A DNA stretch of 25,853 bases from the IMG/VR virus record IMGVR_UViG_3300009703_001920, positions 1 through 25,853 of that record. The stretch is one strand, 5' to 3'. The stretch's first letter is position 1, and the number at the start of each line of letters is the position of its first letter. The position numbers and the translations under genes were made by a program. The notes below the pieces were generated by a model, which searched no databases, had not been told where the DNA came from, and saw only the letters and a list, made by a program, of their open reading frames with translations. The DNA is from a virus. Its lineage: Duplodnaviria > Caudoviricetes. Below are positions 24,016 through 25,853 of the stretch, piece by piece.

Positions 24016-25853
24016 ATGGCGGTTAAAAGGTACGTTGGAGACAAGATAGTCGGTCTAGACAATGAGAAGGACGGAGTCCTTCATACTGTGTCTGACGGAG
24101 CAAATTATTATTCTACTGATTCCCCATATAATGTCTACATAAAAGAAAACTCAGCTTGGCAGCAAATAAGTGCTGGAGGAGGGGGAGGTTCAACTTCAGG
24201 TTCATCTGGTAGCTCTGGAACTTCTGGTACATCTGGCAGTTCAGGTACATCAGGTACGTCAGGCAGTTCTGGAACTTCGGGTACGTCTGGTAGCTCTGGA
24301 ACTTCGGGTACATCGGGTAGTTCAGGTACATCAGGCACGTCAGGCAGTTCTGGAACTTCGGGTACGTCTGGTAGTTCAGGTACTTCAGGTACGTCAGGCA
24401 GTTCTGGTACTTCAGGCACATCGGGTAGTTCTGGAACTTCGGGTACATCGGGTAGTACAGGTACGTCAGGTACGTCAGGCAGCTCTGGAACTTCAGGTAC
24501 GTCAGGCAGCTCTGGAACTTCGGGTACATCGGGTAGTTCAGGTACTTCAGGTACGTCAGGCAGTTCTGGAACTTCGGGTACGTCTGGCAGTTCAGGTACT
24601 TCAGGTACGTCAGGCAGCTCTGGTGCTGCTGGAACTTCAGGCACCTCTGGATCTAGTGGCTTAACAGGAGATAAATACTCAACAACTTCTTCTCAATCAA
24701 AGAGTATACCTACTTCTACCGGTGGGGCTTATGACATAGAATTTACAGACATAGATTCAGGTCTTAGTTGGACAGCGGGGCAGGATATACTTGTTTCTCA
24801 TAATAATAGCAATAAATTTACAGGGACAGTAAATTCCTATAGTGGCACGACTATAAGAATTAAATGGATAGCTAATACAGGTACAGGCTCTTACAGTAGT
24901 TGGACTTTGACACAGAACGGAGCTCCGGGAGCAGCAGGAACCTCAGGTAATTCAGGCACATCAGGTACATCTGGTAGCTCTGGTGACGATGGCACTTCAG
25001 GTACGTCTGGTAGTTCAGGTACATCAGGTACGTCAGGCAGCTCTGGAACTTCGGGTACGTCTGGTAGTTCAGGTACATCGGGTACGTCAGGTAGCTCTGG
25101 TACTTCAGGTACTTCTGGTAGTTCAGGTACATCAGGTACGTCAGGCAGCTCTGGAACTTCGGGTACGTCTGGTAGTTCAGGTACATCGGGTACGTCAGGC
25201 AGCTCTGGAACTTCGGGTACGTCTGGTAGTTCAGGTACATCGGGTACGTCAGGTAGCTCTGGTACTTCAGGTACTTCTGGTAGTTCAGGTACTTCAGGTA
25301 CATCAGGTAGTTCAGGTCAAGATGGCACTTCAGGTACGTCTGGTAATCAAGGTGTTCAAGGTAACCAAGGTAACCAAGGCAACCAAGGAAACGCAGGTTC
25401 ATCAGGCTCATCTGGTAGTTCTGGTAGCTCTGGAACTTCAGGTACATCTGGTAGTTCAGGTACTTCAGGTACGTCTGGTAGTTCAGGTACATCAGGTACG
25501 TCAGGCAGCTCTGGAACTTCGGGTACGTCTGGCAGTTCAGGTACATCGGGTACGTCAGGTAGCTCTGGTACTTCAGGTACGTCTGGTAGTTCAGGTACTT
25601 CAGGTACATCTGGTAGTTCAGGTCAAGATGGCACTTCAGGTACGTCTGGTAATCAAGGTGTTCAAGGAAACCAAGGTAACCAAGGAAACCAAGGAAACTC
25701 AGGAACTTCAGGTACCTCTGGTAATTCTGGTGACGATGGCACTTCAGGTACATCGGGTACGTCAGGTAGCTCTGGTACTTCAGGTACGTCTGGTAGTTCA
25801 GGTACTTCAGGTACATCTGGTAGTTCAGGTCAAGATGGCACTTCAGGTACGTC
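24016..25853 (+). CDS. Ser/Thr-rich collagen-like (Gly-X-Y)n virion fibre protein, 3'-truncated; missing from the ORF track
   Basis: ATG 24016 ([20 protein letters not shown]...) is open to the window end (over 612 codons). Two uninterrupted G-X-Y tracts are separated by an ~80-aa beta-rich domain (DKYSTTS...[12 protein letters not shown]...[10 protein letters not shown]...GSYSSW). Confidence 0.9.
   Translation, partial: MAVKRYVGDKIVGLDNEKDGVLHTVSDGANYYSTDSPYNVYIKENSAWQQISAGGGGGSTSGSSGSSGTSGTSGSSGTSGTSGSSGTSGTSGSSGTSGTSGSSGTSGTSGSSGTSGTSGSSGTSGTSGSSGTSGTSGSSGTSGTSGSTGTSGTSGSSGTSGTSGSSGTSGTSGSSGTSGTSGSSGTSGTSGSSGTSGTSGSSGAAGTSGTSGSSGLTGDKYSTTSSQSKSIPTSTGGAYDIEFTDIDSGLSWTAGQDILVSHNNSNKFTGTVNSYSGTTIRIKWIANTGTGSYSSWTLTQNGAPGAAGTSGNSGTSGTSGSSGDDGTSGTSGSSGTSGTSGSSGTSGTSGSSGTSGTSGSSGTSGTSGSSGTSGTSGSSGTSGTSGSSGTSGTSGSSGTSGTSGSSGTSGTSGSSGTSGTSGSSGTSGTSGSSGQDGTSGTSGNQGVQGNQGNQGNQGNAGSSGSSGSSGSSGTSGTSGSSGTSGTSGSSGTSGTSGSSGTSGTSGSSGTSGTSGSSGTSGTSGSSGTSGTSGSSGQDGTSGTSGNQGVQGNQGNQGNQGNSGTSGTSGNSGDDGTSGTSGTSGSSGTSGTSGSSGTSGTSGSSGQDGTSGT
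24199..24666 (+). repeat. Degenerate 9/27-nt tandem repeat encoding (GSSGTSGTS)n, tract 1
   Basis: About 52 consecutive Gly-X-Y triplets, with variation mostly at synonymous positions. Confidence 0.95.
24919..25853 (+). repeat. Degenerate 9/27-nt tandem repeat encoding (GSSGTSGTS)n with GNQ/GQD/GDD blocks, tract 2
   Basis: Over 100 consecutive Gly-X-Y triplets. Exact 54-nt tandem at 25141-25194/25195-25248. The [18 protein letters not shown] block recurs at 25318 and 25624. Confidence 0.95.

Noticed and set aside
24113-25816. Minus-strand and alternate-frame ORFs (PEVPELPDV repeats, YLKYLNYQT repeats, LELRVRL repeats)
   Set aside because: They are shadows of the + strand GSSGTSGTS repeat. 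Variation falls at third codon positions of the 24016 frame, which also has a proper start and non-repetitive domains.
24199-25853. Possible CRISPR array or tubC-like iteron array
   Set aside because: There are no unique spacers, and the repeats are contiguous, codon-phased and protein-coding.

Overview
A 25.9-kb fragment of a large tailed dsDNA bacteriophage genome (Caudoviricetes), almost entirely on the + strand and very densely packed. From left to right: a 5'-truncated MscS-like ORF, a divergent PhoH-like ATPase, a zinc-ribbon protein, an ECF-like sigma factor with a Cys-rich insert and an ERCC4/XPF nuclease. Next is a DNA packaging and head module: terminase large subunit, Ser-Gly-rich fibre-like protein, portal, a tubulin/FtsZ-family GTPase, prohead protease with a nested scaffold start, decoration protein and major capsid protein. 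LamG-type virion proteins follow, then a glycosylation cassette (GT9-like enzyme; a 1013-aa GT4+GT2+Aah/TibC-type heptosyltransferase fusion; DUF6165-like protein). The window ends in a 3'-truncated Ser/Thr-rich collagen-like (G-S-S-G-T-S-G-T-S)n protein that the ORF track missed. A recurrent GTGTAA/GTGTATAA motif precedes most transcription units. The two most notable candidate systems are phage-encoded O-glycosylation (heptosylation) of Ser/Thr-Gly-rich virion fibres, and a tubulin-family filament gene coupled to the portal. All family calls come from motif recognition by eye, with no database searches. No rRNA, tRNA, CRISPR array or mobile element was recognised.
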